DNA from: Ignavibacteriota bacterium
Lineage (GTDB): Bacteria; Bacteroidota; Ignavibacteria; UBA10030; CAVZMI01
Length of the DNA: 64,000 nt
Assembly: GCA_963776275.1 (NCBI GenBank)
Contig: CAVZMI010000028.1
Coordinates: 1-64,000, forward strand
Direction: 5' to 3'
Part shown: one piece after another, positions 63,778 through 64,000 of the stretch
How positions within the stretch are numbered: position 1 is the first letter of the stretch
Layout: the number at the start of each line of letters is the position of its first letter
The notes under the pieces: model-generated
Database searches by the model: none
What the model was told of the DNA's origin: nothing
The model's input: only the letters and a program-made list of their open reading frames with translations
Translations under genes and position numbers: made by a program

Positions 63778-64000
63778 ATGAAAGCATTAGTTATATCCGG
63801 AGGAGGAGTAAAAGGGGCGTTTGCTGTCGGTGTACTCAAAGGTCTTATGGACCAATATCTAGCCCAGAATTCCAGCGCGACAGCAAACGATTTTTTTAAA
63901 CAGTATCGAATTATCAGCGGTACTTCAACAGGGGCTTTGATTACACCGTTAGCAGCCATGGGAAGAATGGAGGATCTAATCAAACTCTATACAGATGGTT
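63778..64000 (+). CDS. Patatin-like phospholipase (partial, runs off the window end; not in the ORF track)
   Basis: Manual translation MKALVISGGGVKGAFAVGVL...IISGTSTGALI shows the GGGxKG and GxSxG motifs. Confidence 0.88.
   Translation, partial: MKALVISGGGVKGAFAVGVLKGLMDQYLAQNSSATANDFFKQYRIISGTSTGALITPLAAMGRMEDLIKLYTDG

Overview
Bacterial window, probably Bacteroidota/Ignavibacteria-like (TonB-dependent receptor, OmpA, LytS/LytTR pair, TAnnTTTG-type promoter; lineage is inferred). From left to right it holds: an AGE-epimerase/STAS/glgX/STAS operon; fhs; a TPR-ABC-LolA-like-beta-barrel-LytS/LytTR operon; secreted carbohydrate-active and hydrolase genes; OmpA and secreted hypotheticals; a ~17 kb defence island (32.9-49.5 kb); ddh-lysA; a hybrid histidine kinase; a porin/cytochrome c pair; and a metallophosphoesterase and partial patatin. 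The island is the main result. It carries a bacterial ubiquitination-like operon (Ubl, a cysteine-free E2 hidden by a frameshift, and a JAB-E1 fusion) transcribed divergently from a sigma-factor-like / putative anti-sigma / IrrE-ImmA protease trio. It also carries a type I R-M system with an embedded ART-like toxin candidate whose apparent partner domain is fused to HsdR, and an AbiE toxin-antitoxin pair. Mobile DNA includes two identical inverted IS3-family copies, a dead IS200-type TnpA with deleted derivatives, and many REP-like hairpins with nested insertions in their loops. Eleven single-base frameshifts in ten genes look like long-read errors, and seven of them sit in GGNCC contexts. No rRNA, tRNA or CRISPR array was seen. 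All family assignments come from motif reading and memory, not database searches.
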